47,039 bases of DNA from NCBI RefSeq assembly GCF_001194135.2, contig NC_068990.1:36856299-36903337 (forward strand), given 5' to 3'. The notes beneath the pieces were generated by a model. That model did no database searches and was not told the DNA's origin. It worked only from the letters and a program-made list of their open reading frames with translations. The DNA comes from Octopus bimaculoides. Taxonomy: Eukaryota. The translations under genes were made by a program, and so were the position numbers. Positions 11,880-23,435 of this stretch are shown here, one piece after another; within the stretch, counting starts at the first letter, position 1, and each line of letters starts with the position of its first letter.

Positions 11880-13330
11880 TTCTTTTATGGGTTTCAGTAG
11901 TGAGTTGGACATTCCTGCTCTTCCTTGTGTCTCCTGCAGTGATGTGAGTTCATTCAGTATTGCAGATAAACAAACAGTCTAGACATTTTTTGAAGACCTC
12001 CATGTCTATACCTTGCAGCTCCCTGATGTTCTGTGGTAGAGCATTAAAAAGCTGTGGTCCCTTGAATTCCAAGCTATTACAATATTGTGTTTGTGTCCTC
12101 GATGGAGAAGATGGGACCTTTGGTACTGTGCAGTGCTGTCTAGTTTGGGGATTGTTGTAGATTTTGAATCTGAAATTTGGATTTAGACCTTCCATTATTT
12201 TCCATATGCATAGCACTGCATATCTTTCACGTCTCCTGTCTAGGGAGTAGAGTCCCAGTTCCTTCAACCTTTCACAGTAGCGCATGTGTTTTACTGAGTC
12301 TATCTTCTTTGTGTTGTGGCGTTGGATCACTTCTAGTACTGAAATTAGTCTTACACTCTATGGGNNNNNNNNNNGCATGTGTTTTACTGAGTCTATCTTC
12401 TTTGTGTTGTGGCGTTGGATCACTTCTAGTACTGAAATTAGTCTTACACTCTATGGGGACCACAGTTGGGAGCAGTGGACCAAATGACTGAGGTCAAAGG
12501 TTCTCCAAAACAGAAGCATTGTGTCTTTGTTCCTGGTCCCGAAGGATCTAAGGATCCAACCTGGTACCTGCCTGCATAGTGGGATCCAGCAATGTTGTAT
12601 GATTCTTTAATTAGCTTTGGACCATATATTGACAGTTCTATCATCTTATGATCTGAGTTGGTAGACAGTTATATGTCTATGTTGTGGATAAGGACCATAT
12701 TGTTTGTGAAACAGAGGTCCAAGATGTTGCTATTCCTGGCTGGGGAAAGTATGGTTTGCTCCATGAACATCATTTACCTGAGATCTACTAGAGATTCTTC
12801 CTGATTGCATTCTTTTTATGCCAGTCCTGAGGTTATGACACCTTCGGGCCATCTGATGTTGGAGAAGTTGAAGTCACCCATCAGAAGTACATTAAGGCTT
12901 TGGTCTGTGTTTGTGAGTAATTCTTTTATCATTGTGAGATATTCCTCAAACTTGCCATCATAGCTTGAGGCATTGGGTGGGTGGTATAATGTGCATATTA
13001 CCACGTCAAGTTGCTTTAGATGTACTATGTGTGTGTTGTAGACTGCATTTGAATGCAACAGCTGAGTCAATGCTGTGACATCTTCATGGATGTACATTGC
13101 AACTCCACCATGACTTCTCTATTTTCTGTCTGCATGGAACACTGTATACATTGGTATGTGTCATGTATGTCTGCAGACAGATGAATCTTCGTGGGTGCAA
13201 TGCATATAGCTTGATTGTATGCAGACAGTTCTCCCTGGTGTGCAATTTTGCTCTTGGTGTTGTTTTGCAAGAGACCTCTGATGTTCATCAGTAGAACTGG
13301 TGTGACGGACGACTAGGAGACACTGGTGGC
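11880..13330 (-). mobile_element. CR1/L2-clade LINE relic with APE endonuclease and post-RT C-terminus but no RT core
   Basis: Endonuclease motifs MNIRGLL, LYHPPN, LLMGDFN, LDLCFTNN...SDHKMIEL. C-terminus CSQLWSP, LEVIQRH, RLKELGLYSLDRRRERY, FKGPQLFNALP. Stops and frameshifts are present. Confidence 0.9.
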
Positions 13331-13564
13331 CATCCTGGATCCATTACATGTGGTGGTCTTGTGTACAGGTGTACATGGCTTAATTTCGTTTGTAGCCATG
13401 ATAACTGCTGCATTATCATATGTGCGATACTTAAAAAATATTGTTGCTCAGCTGCTGCAGTTCACACCACATCTGTGTACAGCTTTTTGGCAGTATTTTT
13501 TGTTGGTGGTGCACAGCGGTGTGGACTTTCCATATATATGTATGTATATATATATATATATATG

Positions 13565-13730
13565 TATTTGTGTGTGGTAAGTAGCTTGCTTACTAACTGC
13601 ATGGTTCCAGGTTCAGTCCCACTGTGTGGAACCTTGGGCAAGTGCCTTCTACTATAGCCTCAGGTTGACCAAAGCCTTGTGAGTCGATTTGGAAGATGGA
13701 AACTGAAAGAAGCCCATCACATATATATAT

Positions 13731-13775
<45 letters not shown>

Positions 13776-13776
13776 N
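13565..13776 (+). mobile_element. SINE family A 5' half running into (TA)n and a gap
   Basis: gtgtggtaagtagcttgc...ggttcagtcccactgtgtggaaccttgggcaagtgcc. Confidence 0.85.
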
Positions 13777-14413
13777 NNNNNNNNNNNNNNNNNNNNNNNN
13801 NNNNNNNNNNNNNNNNNNNNNNNNNNNNNNNNNNNNNNNNNNNNNNNNNNNNNNNNNNNNNNNNNNNNNNNNNNNNNNNNNNNNNNNNNNNNNNNNNNNN
13901 NNNNNNNNNNNNNNNNNNNNNNNNNNNNNNNNNNNNNNNNNNNNNNNGGTAGCTAATTTATAAATTGGACAGTAAAAATTAATATGATAATATACAGTAT
14001 GGAAGTATAAATGTAAAAAGTTAGTGCTAGTACGCGTTTCATGGCTGAAATAGGACTAAATAAAATCATAAGCAAATTCTATCCGAGTTCATTAGAACGG
14101 GGAAATGATTTTACTCCCTAAATCAGTCATTCTTCAGGTTAAATCCCTAAGAAAATACATAAAATCATTCAAGGAATAAACATAAACATAAAAAATAAAA
14201 ATATATATAAAGAGACAAAATCTGTAAACTAATCCCTACATTAACGGTATTAATATAATTATTAAAAGTTACAATCTAAAAATATTATAGTAAACAAGGT
14301 TAAAACATCATGGAATAAGTAGATAATAGTTAAAAAATGTGTTAGTGTATAAAGTTACTAAAAGACGGATGTCAATATTGTTTATAAAATTAAAATAAGA
14401 AAACATGACATAC

Positions 14414-14722
14414 CTACCGGCTGTTAACTGTAAATAAACCAAAATGGCCGTGCTATAGAATTTATACTAAAAGGTCACGTGATAAATATGACGTCTATTA
14501 CCCAGAAGTACATGCGTATTATAATTATTAAAATAATACCGAAAATATCGAAAGAGAAAATCTACCTAATATAAAAAGTTACTTGAGGTTTAAAAATACT
14601 TAAACTTGCAAATTAACGCAGAGTAATAATTATACACATTCCAGAATTCTATATTACGTAAATAATGCTATAAAAATTAATACTGAAAAGTCACGTGATA
14701 AACATGGCATCCATTACCAGAG
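14414..14722. promoter_or_regulatory. Putative (bidirectional) promoter region in a CpG-retaining island
   Basis: GTCACGTGAT E-boxes at 14474-14483 and 14690-14699. YY1-like CAAAATGGCCG at 14440-14450. Minus-strand donor TAG|gtatgt at 14413. Plus-strand aaacATGGCATCCATTACCAGAG|gtaaat at 14704-14722. Confidence 0.45.
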
Positions 14723-14905
14723 GTAAATACGTATTATAATTATTAAAATTATTAAAATAATATCGAAAACATCGAAAAAGAAAATCGACCTAAAATAAAA
14801 AGTTTATTGAAGATTAATAAAATACTTAAAACTCTCAGATTTACGCAGAATAATAACTATACCAAATACGAACGTTATATATTACTTAAATACTGTTATG
14901 AAACA
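14470..14905 (+). repeat. Diverged two-copy tandem duplication, period 216 bp at the E-box/ATG anchors
   Basis: Copies align by eye: gtcacgtgataaa(t/c)atg..., cgtattataattattaaaat, gaaaat..cgaaa..gaaaatc.acctaa.ataaaaagtt, aaaatacttaaa, tt.acgcaga.taataa.tatac. Confidence 0.9.
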
Positions 14906-15164
14906 TTGTAAAAGACTGCTCATATTATCGTTGAATACTTAAAGTAAAGGTAGTTATATATTTCAATTTTGTATAATATTGTGATGATTAAAGTGTATTC
15001 TAAAGGTAATTTGATGTATTTTACGCTACTGAGCATTACTATAAGTTGGTACCTAATCCCAGGTTTAAATAAATTAGTTATCTAAACTTATTATATAAGT
15101 AATTTAATTTATGTCTGCATTTAATATTACGTTCATCGTGGGAGTTATATCAATTTTTTATTAG

Positions 15165-15229
<65 letters not shown>

Positions 15230-15231
15230 TC

Positions 15232-15336
15232 AGAAAAAGACAAAGTACAATAACAAAAGACAACAACGTGAGGACGTGATACGGATAGTGTTATTAGACG
15301 CTCGGGAAAGGAATGAGAGAGAGTATGACGTTTCGG
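15232..15336 (-). mobile_element. Penelope-like terminal-repeat fragment with intact CGAAACGTC
   Basis: Reverse complement ccgaaacgtcatactctctctcattcctttcccgagcgtctaata resembles 5505-5560. Confidence 0.5.
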
Positions 15337-15339
15337 TGT

Positions 15340-15600
15340 GTGTGTGTGTGTATGTGTGTATATATTTGTGGGTCTGTTTGTCCCCTCAGCATCGGTTGTC
15401 AAACGATGTTGAGGAGACAACCGATGCTGGTGTGTTTACCTTCCCGTAACTTAGCAGTTCAGCACAAGAGACTGATAGAATAAGAACTAAGCTTACAAAG
15501 AATAAGTCCTAGGATCGATTTGCTCGACTAAAGGCAGTGCTCCAGCATGGCCACAGTCAAATGAGAGAAACAAGTAAAAGAATGAAAGAATAAAAGAATC
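15340..15600 (+). mobile_element. SINE family A 3' half containing an internal micro-inversion
   Basis: Matches 43380-43580. Inverted repeat at 15387-15429. Confidence 0.85.
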
Positions 15601-15770
15601 ATTTTAACATCCATTTTCATGCTTGGATTTTAAGGTTTAACAAGATCTAGCATACTGCAGGGCCAAGTCGAGCTCCAGTGTCAGCTCTGGAATGGTTTCT
15701 ATGACTGGATACACTTCCTAATGCCAACCAATTTACAGAGGGTATTGAGTGCTTGTTTTGTACCACAGGC
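15595..15770 (-). mobile_element. RTE-type 3' tail, degenerate
   Basis: ggtttctatgactggatacacttcctaatgccaacc is a diverged reverse complement of the ggcgttaggaagggcatccag block. Confidence 0.65.
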
Positions 15771-16379
15771 ACTACTGAAGTTTCCCAGAAACTAGTAATA
15801 CATGGTAAGAACTGGCAAAAAGAAAAAGCCTCTCGATTAAATGAGATGTGTAAAATGTTTGAAAGGGGGCGGAGCAATAGTTTTATGCTGGGTGTTGTGA
15901 GGCGAAAGGGTAATAGAAGGACAAACATAGGTGTCATGAAGTTGAGGTGGGTGGGAGTAGCTGGAAAGAAGATAGAGATGTTGGTGATGGGATACCAGAG
16001 TAACTCAAGATATAAGAAGGCAAGTATAAATCAGTGGGCTAGTTTCATAAGTGTACAAAGGGAAAGTAATACATGGTTAGAAATGGAGTAAAGGTGAATG
16101 GAGTGAGTGAGAAACAAGGGTGGAGGTGCTGTTCATAAGAAATACGAAAATGGAGAGGAGTAAGGTGAAAGAGCTAGGAGATGCACAGGAAGATGAATAG
16201 ATCAAAAAGAGTGGCAGCAAGAGAGATGTAATAATACATATGTGTGTATGTATGTGCATGCATGTATATCTATGTGCCTACCTGCCTGTCTATCTATCTA
16301 TCTTCCTCTTTACACATGCAAGAACAACCACACATACATATATAATTATTTATATATGTATTTATATATATATGTATAT

Positions 16380-16530
16380 ATCATCCTTATCATTTAGCTG
16401 CCACTTTCCATGCTGGCATGGATTGGATGGTTTGACCCGAGCTGGCCAAGCAGAAGGCTGCACCAGACTTCTGAGTCTGTTTTGGAATGGTTTTTATGTC
16501 TGGATACCCTTCCTAACACCAACCAGCCTG
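16380..16530 (-). mobile_element. RTE-type 3' tail
   Basis: ttccatgctggcatggattggatggtttgac...ctggatacccttcctaacaccaacc. Confidence 0.7.
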
Positions 16531-16566
16531 CAGATTACACCCACACCCACACACACTCGCACACAT

Positions 16567-16617
<51 letters not shown>

Positions 16618-17327
16618 AACATATGTATATATGGGGTGATGAATGCATAACTGTACAGTCAGATCCATCAAAGTGTAACCATACAATGTGATAAAAAAAT
16701 GTGACTGTGAATTGGATCAATCAAAGTATGCTTGTAAAATCAGATCAATTGACTGCTGACATACAGTCTGATCAATGGAATGTAACTATACTATTTGGAT
16801 CATTAGAAGTATGACTGCACAAGATGGTCATTCACAATGTGTGTGTGACTGTACATCTAATCATGCAAATGGAGACCAGTCATTAGTACTGACCTATATA
16901 ATAAAATCTTGATGGCCCTGTGTAAATAGTGGATTCACTATCAGTTCTTATATGACAAGATCAATCATATTATAGTATAAAAAAAACCAATTGGAAAAGT
17001 ATAGTATGGACATTAGTGAAGGAAAGAGAATACATGAATAGTGATCTTATTTATGAGAAACAGGTGTTTATGTGAGAAAGCTGTTTGATATAAGGTTATG
17101 AAATGGTAAAAGAGACACTGGATAAAGACAAAGATTAAGATAATGGGAAATGGTGGTGGAGGGTTATGTATTCAAACCTCAATCCTTCCCATTGACATTC
17201 TTTAAATATGAAGTGAATTTACTGGTTATTGATGTAATCTTCTGTATATTTGACACTAGCAATGATGATGATAAAAGCTACTGCCGTTGTTGTTGTTGTT
17301 GTTTTAGTCATTGTTATTATTATTATT

Positions 17328-17516
17328 GGCAGAATGGGTTAGCAGCAATTTGTCTGTCAATATGTTATGAGTTCAAATCCCAACAGAGGACAACTTTATC
17401 TTTCATCCTTTCATCAGGGGGTCAATGAAATAGGTACCAGTTGAGCATTGGGTCAATGCAGTCAACTTATCCCCTCCCCTAAAATCATTGGCCTTGCGCC
17501 AAAATTAAAAAAAAAA
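17328..17516 (+). mobile_element. SINE family B-like copy with A-rich tail
   Basis: gagttcaaatcc B-box; tttcatcctttc...gggggtcaatgaaataggtaccagttgagc core. Confidence 0.7.
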
Positions 17517-17534
17517 ATCATTATGATTATTATT

Positions 17535-17752
17535 ATTATTGCCTCTGCACAGTTTCTAATGCTGGAGATGTACTACGGGGTCAGCTGTTCACTACCAGTG
17601 AACTAAGGTAACACCCCTTATTTTTCGAGCACCTTCCGAAGCAACATGAAATGATGTTTTGCTCATAAACATGTGTCACCCAGTCTAGGAATTGAAACCA
17701 CAATGTTACAATCATAAGTCCAACACCCTAAGCACTAAGCCACATGCCTCCA
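17535..17752 (-). mobile_element. tRNA-derived SINE (head similar to the 21410 copy)
   Basis: Reverse complement begins ggaggcatgtggcttagtgcttagggtgttggac...gtggtttcaattcc. Confidence 0.7.
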
Positions 17753-18165
17753 CAGACAACTTTGACTATCTGTTTTTTCATTACAGGAACAACACAAGGA
17801 TCAAAGATGTATAACCAGCATATGGATCAAAGGAACACAAAACCCACAACAAAAGACATTGGACACAGCACGGATCCATAAATAGAAGGGAATTCTCTGG
17901 CACAGTATAGGAGAATGGTCAAAGCTGGTTTAAAAAAAGGTGACCTGAAGACTTGCAATTTCAAATTGCTTCTGAAGGCCACAATGCTTTAGCAGAACTA
18001 AATTTAATAACAAGTGCTGAAACAAAAGACATGAAATTGATGATACAAGTTAGAAGGCTTAATTGTTATACATGGAGCTGAATGACCAATAGAACTGGGA
18101 AGATAAGCAAAATGAAAATAAAGGAGCATCAACAACATAAAAAAAAAGCATATATGTATACATAC

Positions 18166-18196
<31 letters not shown>

Positions 18197-18340
18197 CACT
18201 CTCACACACACACACATACACAAGCATACACACACATATGTGTGTATATNNNNNNNNNNNNNNNNNNNNNNNNNNNNNNNNNNNNNNNNNNNNNNNNNNN
18301 NNNNNNNNNNNNNNNNNNTATATATATATATATATATATT

Positions 18341-18373
<33 letters not shown>

Positions 18374-18744
18374 ATGCGTGCATGCACACAGACACACACA
18401 GGCATGCAGACACGCATGCACATTCATGAGAGTGGTGTGTGTGTGTGTGTGTGCATTCTCCTTGAAGCAAAACTATCATATTTCAGAGAAACTCTTGGAA
18501 ATGGAATACCATTACCAGTGAGAAGTTTACACGAGAAACAAATAGTAGATACAGTGGTGCAATAAATAAAAGAATAAATAAATACACAAGATATGTGTTT
18601 GCTCCCGTGTGTGCTTGTGTATGTGTGTGTGTGTGTGTTTCAACATACATGGTTATATGTAAATAGATTTAATCTTGCCATTCACAAAAATGTGGATACA
18701 TATTGATTAATTTATAGTCTTCTTCAACCTTTGTCAGAGAAAGA

Positions 18745-19030
18745 ATAGCCATTAACTTAGCGGGACATAAACACACCAACACCAGTTGTCAAGTGGTGAT
18801 ATAGGGACAGACACAAACACACATATATACACACAAACATAGATGCATGCACGTGCACACACACACACACATACAACAGGCTTTTTGCACTTTCTTTCTA
18901 CTAAATCCACTCACAGGCTTTGGTCGGTTGGGAAGCAAGCTTCTTACCATGCAGCATCGCCTGCACTTCTGTATATTCTTTTACTTGTTTCAGTCATTTG
19001 ACAGTGGCCGTGCTGGAGCATCACCTTATT
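18745..19030 (-). mobile_element. Rearranged SINE family A fragments
   Basis: aaatccactcacaggctttggtcgg and tacttgtttcagtcatttgacagtggccgtgctggagca. Confidence 0.7.
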
Positions 19031-19118
19031 TCATGTTATACTTAAAAGCAATGCACTGCGCCAGCATTTTATCCTCCATTTTCTAATTGATATATATATA
19101 TATATATATATATATGGA

Positions 19119-19300
19119 ATAAGCACCTACTACACTCTCTGAGTGGTTGGCGTTAGGAAGGGCATCCAGCTGTAGAAACTCTGCCAAATTTAGATTGGAG
19201 CCTGGTGTTGCCATCCGGTTTCACCAGTCCTCAGTCAAGTCGTCCAACCCATGCTAGCATGGAAGGCGGACGTTAAACGATGATGATGATGATGATGATA
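19119..19300 (+). mobile_element. Young 5'-truncated RTE-type 3' end with (GAT)n tail
   Basis: Closely matches 3730-3900. Confidence 0.85.
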
Positions 19301-19399
19301 TATACATATATATATATATGTATATGTGTATATATATACATATATACATATACACATATACATATGTCACATAGAAAGCATTAGTATTAGTGCTACGTA

Positions 19400-19600
19400 T
19401 ATGATCCCATGCTAGTGCTGAGAAAAAGCATCCAGTACACTCTGAAAAGGTTGGTGTTAAGAAGGGCATTCAGCCATAGAAACCATGTCAAAACAGACAA
19501 AAAGCTCTTTAGGTAGCCAGCTCCTGTCAAACCATCCAACCCGTGCCAGCATGGAAAACAGACGTTAGATGATGACGACGACGATGATGATGATAATGAT
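19400..19600 (+). mobile_element. Second, more diverged RTE-type 3' end
   Basis: ggttggtgttaagaagggcattcagccatag...gccagcatggaaaacagacgttagatgatgacg. Confidence 0.7.
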
Positions 19601-20016
19601 GATATACACTCATATATATGTGCGTGTATACGTGCATGTATATATGGAGATTGTTGTGTCAAAACGGTATTAGAAACTTTGTTGCAACCAGCATTAACAA
19701 GGCAAAGGAGAAAAACAGCCGCAAGTATATACCACCTGTACTGACCTGTAATCCTCATACTTACAGGATATGTGGGCTTCTTTTTGAAAATCATTGGTGG
19801 GACTTAAATGCCACATTCAACATAAGCATTATGACTGACAAAGAAAGAGTAGGTTGTAGGATCCTCATACGTCAAAACCAACTGGAAAGTCCATCATATA
19901 TATATGTGTATATACCGCATAATACTATATATACTATAAATATATATTGTATGAATTCAATATGTGTATATTACATATATTGATACATATATACATATAT
20001 AATATATATAATACAA

Positions 20017-20057
<41 letters not shown>

Positions 20058-20506
20058 GTTGTTTATTTATATATTTCTGTTATATATACCTGATATTTTA
20101 TATACATGCTGGTTATATTTATGGATCAATTGATAGTCTACTGTATTATTTTTTTTTCAACTTTTCCCATCCATTCTTGTTTGGATACAATTTCATTTCT
20201 ATTTTCTTTCTTTTTTTTTTACATCATTTTCTTTCCCACATTTTTTTCTTTTGCTTTTTCTCCCGGTTCATCTCTTTCTTTTCTTTTTCTCTTCTATTGC
20301 TACATTAACAGATGTTATTGAAAAATAACAGAGTGAAATATAAGGAAGCAAAGAATAAAAATAATAAACAAACAAAAACGATCAAGAACAACAATAACGT
20401 ACAATAATAAATATAAAATATAGTCACAAAAATTAACATAAGAAAAATAATGTATGGATAACGTGTGTCCACAAATAAAAAGTATAAATTATATATATAT
20501 ACATAG

Positions 20507-20548
<42 letters not shown>

Positions 20549-20561
20549 GAATGTATGTATC

Positions 20562-20614
<53 letters not shown>

Positions 20615-21409
20615 AGAGAGAGAGGTGGGGAGAGAGAAAGGATAATATATTCTAAAGTAACAGGGAAAAAGCCATAAAAATACAATGACGTCTAAAAAAA
20701 ATATTAGAAACAAAGAAAAATAGTTATCGTAATATAAATAATAAAATAGTAGATATAGTGGTAGTAGTAGCAATAATAATACTGTTAATAGAAATAATAT
20801 ATATAACAACATTCAAAATTGTAATAATGGAAATAATAAAAATAATATTGGTCGAAAGGTAGAGGGCAGGAGTTGAAAAGAGTTTGGAAAATATAGATTT
20901 GAAATGCAAGCGGATCAGATAAAAACATATTCTCAGGATAGTCTTGCATAAAAAGAACCCCATAGATATACGTGTATGCATGTGTCTGATATTTATATAC
21001 ATATTATATATGCATGCACTCACACACACACACACACAAACACATATATGTATCTATATATATTATGTATTATATACAAGCATGTGAGCATAGATATTAA
21101 TATATATGCAAACAAAAAACTGAGCTCTAAGTTTATAAACGCATATACATGTTTATAGGCTAACAAATAAAGTTATATAGAAAAGTACAATTCTGCCAGT
21201 GTATGGTCATACATGTACATACATGCATACATGTACACACACTTCATGTGTATCATAATCATCTTCCTCCTCCTCCTTATCCTTTCTTCAACGTCTGTCT
21301 TCCATGTTGGCATGAGTTGCACAGTCTGACTGGATATGATGGGTCTGATGTCTTCATCATGCTTCAGTCTTTGCTGTGATTTCAACAGGTGGATGCTGTT
21401 CCAGAAGGT

Positions 21410-21800
21410 GGAGGCGCAATGGCCCAGTGGTTAGGGCAGCGGACTCGCGGTCATAGGATCGAGGTTTCGATTCCCAGATCGGGCGTTGTGATTGTTTATT
21501 GAGCGAAAACACCTAAAGCTCAACGAGGCTCCCGCAGAGGATGGTGGTGAACCCTGGTGTACTCTTCCTCCACGACTTTCTCTCACTCTTATTTCCTGTT
21601 TCTGTTGTGCCTGTAATTCAAAGGGTCAGCCTTGTCACATTGTGTCACGCTGAGTATCCCCGAGAACTACATTAAGGGTACACGTGTCTGTGGAGTGCTC
21701 AGCCACTTGCACGTTAATTTCATGAGCAGGCTGTTCCGTTGATCAGATCAACTGGAACCCTCGACGTCGTAAGCAACGGAATGCCAACAACAACAACAAA
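21410..21800 (+). mobile_element. Full-length tRNA-derived SINE (family C) with (CAA)n tail
   Basis: A-box tggcccagtgg at 21420-21430, B-box gtttcgattcc at 21464-21474, CpG-rich body, caacaacaacaacaa tail. Confidence 0.9.
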
Positions 21801-21889
21801 TGATGATTGTTTTGAAGCACTAACATTACTGGGGTCTCTTTTGGCTCACCTGGCTACAGTGGAAAGGGAGGCAGGATTACACTGTACAT

Positions 21890-22090
21890 CAGTGGTTTTC
21901 AATGTAGGCAGTAGTTCCCTCCACCTGGGGAAAGATCCAGAGGGGCATTAAAGAAAGATGGGGTGATAATGGGGTGACTAAAACAGAGCAATGGATGTAA
22001 AAAAAAAAAAAAAACCTGAAGAAAATAGAGGGTTAATTAGGCCAAGATTTATTTGTGAAATACTGTTGTTTTGAACTTGTTATAGAAAAT
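21890..22090 (+). mobile_element. hAT-like MITE fragment
   Basis: Starts cagtggttttcaa, a Charlie/hAT-type TIR motif. No clear second TIR. Confidence 0.35.
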
Positions 22091-22203
22091 GGACTGTGTT
22101 TGTGATGGTGATATATATATATATATATGTACATACACACACACACACATATACACTTAATGTTTGGATATTGGGTTTGCTAGTTCACAGAATCTTTTTT
22201 AGG

Positions 22204-22437
22204 AAAAGGTGGCAAGCTGGCAGAAACGTTAGCATGCCGGACGAAATGTTTAGCGGTATTTTGTCTGCCATTACGTTCTGAGCTCAAATTCCGCCGAGGT
22301 CGACTTTGCCTTTCATCCTTTCGGGGTCGATAAATTAAGTACCAGTTACGCACTGGAGTCGATGTAATCGACTTAATACCTTTGTCTGTCCTTGTTTGTC
22401 CCCTCTGTGTTCGCCCCTTGTGGGCAATAAAGAAATA
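22204..22437 (+). mobile_element. Full-length SINE family B with 15-bp target-site duplication
   Basis: TSD agaatcttttttagg at 22189-22203 and 22438-22452. Core gtcgactttgcctttcatcctttcggggtcgataaattaagtaccag resembles the Meta-type SINE domain as recalled. Confidence 0.92.
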
Positions 22438-22459
22438 AGAATCTTTTTTAGGTATAAAT

Positions 22460-22800
22460 GTTGCACATTTACCGGTTGAGTTAACTTTGGAACTTAGCTG
22501 TCATTGATAGTAGGTGATCTGAAAGCATTAAGATCGGGATAAGAAAGAAATCAAGAAACTTTAGAAAGCCATAACCTCTGCAGGACAAAAAACATTTTCA
22601 CTTGAAATTAAGGCTAGACGTCTGTATCACACTTATGTATGGAGTGCGATATTGTATGGAGGTTAAGCATGGGCATCGAATGCAGTGATATGTGTAGAGA
22701 GGAAAGAAACTGAATGGCCATACTGGACTGGGTGTGTAATGCCAGTGAGCCTTAATGAAGGAGCATAAACCGAGTAAGAAGGTAACTGAGTATAAGAAGA
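22460..22800 (+). mobile_element. Old RTE LINE ORF remnant (post-RT region)
   Basis: FSLEIKARRLYHTYVWSAILYGG*AWA parallels LSRRVKGRLYDTCVRTAMLHGSETWA at ~46870-46945. Confidence 0.75.
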
Positions 22801-23409
22801 ATCAAATATAGGGTTGAAGAGAGGAGTTAGCACTGGTATTGATAGGAAATATGTCTGGAGGGTGATAGGTGGGTTAAAATGTGTGAAGTAATTGATGGGA
22901 AGGAAACCAGAGGAAGATGTAGACTAAAAAGGATGTAGGAAGAAGAGGAGAAACAAAGTAATTGGGAGATGTTGAAACTGATAAATGAGACAAGTGATTT
23001 CAACAACTGGTATGATGTTGTGTCGGTGAAAGGAGGAAAGAAAAGGGAAAGAAAGATACAGAAAATGGTTGAGGTAGTAAAAGATAAAGATAGAAATAAG
23101 GTGGAAACAGAAAGGAAGAAAGCCAGAAGAATGAAATAAGAATGAAGAAAAGATAGTGGAAGATAGAACAAAGAGAAAAGTAGAATACCAGTGAGAAAGA
23201 AAAGAAGAAAATAGAAATGGTGTACACAACAAGATGGAGATCCTTGGTCATGTTAGTTGCCAGGTATAGATGACTTTTGAAGGAGAAAAATGCAAATTAC
23301 GATGTTACGTTGAAATTATAGGGAAAAGGGGCAATCCTTACTCAAACATTGACAGAAGAAGCAGACTGTGTTTTGCTGATAATAGTCTACAACTAAAGAA
23401 GTTACTCAC

Positions 23410-23435
23410 TCATGGACTATATCTGAATATAAAAT
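23410..23435 (-). CDS. Candidate 26-nt exon ILYSDIVH(D)
   Basis: gaaattttcag|26 nt|gtgagt. Phase 0 to 2 links the 38443 exon to the 7590 exon in frame. Confidence 0.4.

Noticed and set aside
12285-12456. ~80-bp direct repeat either side of a 10-N gap inside the LINE
   Set aside because: Identical copies flanking a placeholder gap are a typical contig-overlap assembly artefact.
13565-15600. Idea that the CpG island is an insertion splitting one SINE (5' half at 13565, 3' half at 15340)
   Set aside because: SINE halves break commonly at their internal microsatellite, a gap hides the left junction, and a Penelope relic intervenes. No TSD or convincing TIRs are visible.
21410-21490. tRNA-like heads here and at ~8050, 17700, 24400 and 43185
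   Set aside because: They are followed by SINE bodies and tails and lack a full cloverleaf, so they are not tRNA genes.
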